From contig JAPLUW010000001.1 of assembly GCA_026397405.1 (NCBI GenBank), positions 107,138 through 171,137 on the forward strand: a DNA stretch of 64,000 nucleotides, written 5' to 3'. The stretch comes from Candidatus Adlerbacteria bacterium. GTDB lineage: Bacteria; Patescibacteriota; Minisyncoccia; Phycocordibacterales; SBAW01. The stretch's first letter is position 1. Every line of letters begins with the position of its first letter. The translations under genes and the position numbers were made by a program. The notes beneath the pieces were generated by a model. It did not search any database, had not been told where the DNA came from, and saw only the letters and a program-made list of their open reading frames with translations. Below, one piece after another: positions 62,955 through 64,000 of the stretch.

Positions 62955-63215
62955 GCAAAAGCAGAGGCGAACGCAAAGTTGACAAAATGAACAAAAAAAA
63001 CCTACTCAAAGAAAGAGTAGGCGAGGGAACAGGGGCGGAGAGAAGAGGGAAGTAAAGAGCGGGGGAGAAACATGTAGGTGGTAGGGGGGGGTGAAAAAAT
63101 GAAAGGAGGAGAGATGGAATAGAGAGGTGAGAGGAGGAAGAGAGATGAAGGATTAAGAATAATAAAGGAGGAGGAAATAATAGGAGAAGTAGCGAAGAGT
63201 CGGTACGAAATAGGT
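62955..63215 (+). repeat. Polypurine (GA-rich) low-complexity tract, about 260 nt, including a G8 run
   Basis: The plus strand is almost exclusively A/G from about 62955 to 63215 (e.g. ggaggagagatggaatagagaggtgagaggaggaagagagatgaaggattaagaataataaaggaggagg). It is intergenic, between the rplL terminator and the start of the 62345-62923 gene. Confidence 0.6.
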
Positions 63216-63365
63216 GCAAAGCTATTTCGTAGATAATGACCGAACTCGTGCCCCGTACCACATTTCAATGTTCTGCTGTCTACCTATAAAAACTCGTCTT
63301 TCCTAGAAAAGGTTTCAGGCTCCCCTAACCTCCTATAAAAGTTATCCACAGGTGCCTAAACACAC

Positions 63366-63396
63366 AGAAAAAGCCCCGACATTACGGGGCTTTTTG
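63366..63396 (-). terminator. Rho-independent terminator downstream of rplL (symmetric)
   Basis: aaaaagccccg-acatta-cggggcttttt. Confidence 0.7.
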
Positions 63397-63444
63397 CTGA
63401 AATTTCTAGAGAAATTATGTATCTGCTTTATTGGTCGCCCAAGA

Positions 63445-63894
63445 TTACTTCAACTCCACTTTACCGCCAGCAGCTTCAACAGCGGCTTTGAGCTTTTCTG
63501 CATCTTCCTTCTTCATTCCCTCTTTCAAAACTGAAGGGACAGCATCAACAAGGTCCTTTGCTTCCTTAAGGCCAAGCGCAAGAGCATCTTTAACTGCCTT
63601 AATGACCTGTACCTTTGCGGCACCAGCGTCAGTCAAGTGTGCGTTAAACGATGTTTTTTCTTCTGCTGCTGCTCCCCCTGCGACTGGTGCTGCTGCAACT
63701 GCTGCAGCCGACACGCCCCAGTGTGACTCAAGTGCCTTCACGAGTTCGTGAAGTTCAAGTACGGTCATTTTTTCCACCGAGTGGATGAGGTCTTTAAACT
63801 TTGCTGGAGCTTCTTTCTTTTCTTCTGCAGCTGGAGCCGCTGCCGCAACTACTTCTTCTGCAACCGGAGCGTCTACTGTTGTTTCATCTGCCAT
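63445..63894 (-). CDS. rplL: 50S ribosomal protein L7/L12
   Basis: 149 aa with an Ala/Glu-rich N-terminal and hinge region and the conserved C-terminal domain [55 protein letters not shown]. Confidence 0.95.
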   Translation of the reverse strand: MADETTVDAPVAEEVVAAAAPAAEEKKEAPAKFKDLIHSVEKMTVLELHELVKALESHWGVSAAAVAAAPVAGGAAAEEKTSFNAHLTDAGAAKVQVIKAVKDALALGLKEAKDLVDAVPSVLKEGMKKEDAEKLKAAVEAAGGKVELK

Positions 63895-63905
63895 ATAGTA
63901 ATACG

Positions 63906-64000
63906 TTATGCGCTCTTCTTTGCTTTTTCGCTTACTGCGACTGCAAGCATTTGGAGCGGGCTGTTAATAAGTTGTACAAACTGTGCACGCAATGTCTGCA
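63906..64000 (-). CDS. rplJ: 50S ribosomal protein L10 (C-terminal fragment; gene continues past the window end)
   Basis: Minus-strand frame reads ...[30 protein letters not shown], ending 12 nt upstream of the rplL start. This matches the conserved rplJ-rplL order. Confidence 0.55.
   Translation of the reverse strand, partial: QTLRAQFVQLINSPLQMLAVAVSEKAKKSA

Noticed and set aside
63002-63268. Low-complexity ORFs (PLLL/SSS-rich) at 62932-63261 and 63002-63268
   Set aside because: They are translations of the polypurine/polypyrimidine tract and are not protein-like.

Overview
This 64-kb window looks like a fragment of a small-genome, Candidate-Phyla-Radiation (Patescibacteria)-like bacterium, about 47-48% GC with locally atypical islands. 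Most genes are on the minus strand. The main points are as follows.

- **rRNA and tRNA genes.** The window holds an unlinked rRNA arrangement. A 16S gene (about 42898-44719, minus) is followed by tRNA-Ile(GAU). A separate tRNA-Leu(CAG) lies nearby. A 23S-5S pair sits at about 57616-61158 (minus). Both 16S and 23S appear to carry intervening sequences: about 360 nt after helix 45 of the 16S, and a 294-nt insertion at the 23S position homologous to E. coli about 2593 (the I-CreI-type group I intron site).
- **Diversity-generating retroelement.** A complete DGR lies at about 45080-47600. It has a reverse transcriptase with the LGxxxSQ motif, a divergently oriented Avd-like four-helix-bundle gene, and a 129-nt template repeat (TR). 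The matching 129-nt variable repeat (VR) lies at the 3' end of a GC-rich target gene. The two repeats differ at 22 positions, every one of them a TR adenine on the coding strand.
- **Cell-surface glycan locus (about 12.4-34 kb).** It encodes an O-antigen-ligase/TPR protein, a Wzx-like flippase (frameshifted), AsnB, a nucleotidyltransferase, a GC-rich cupin, two SDR epimerases, several SAM methyltransferases (one frameshifted at a G5 run), and about 12 GT2/GT4 glycosyltransferases. A second smaller cluster (51.4-54.9 kb) carries a WbaP-like priming sugar transferase.
- **Housekeeping genes.** These are gatB, obg, ccdA-like, a NUDIX hydrolase, secA, murB, rsmI, murC, murD, a fasciclin protein, secF, secD, folD, ftsW/rodA, rplL and a partial rplJ.
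- **Unusual proteins.** A giant (>1180 aa, truncated at the window edge) repeat-rich surface protein and a neighbouring 244-aa protein both carry an N-terminal excisionase-type HTH followed by a transmembrane segment. A lamin-tail-domain secreted protein sits beside a TraD/VirD4-like coupling ATPase.

No CRISPR array was found.
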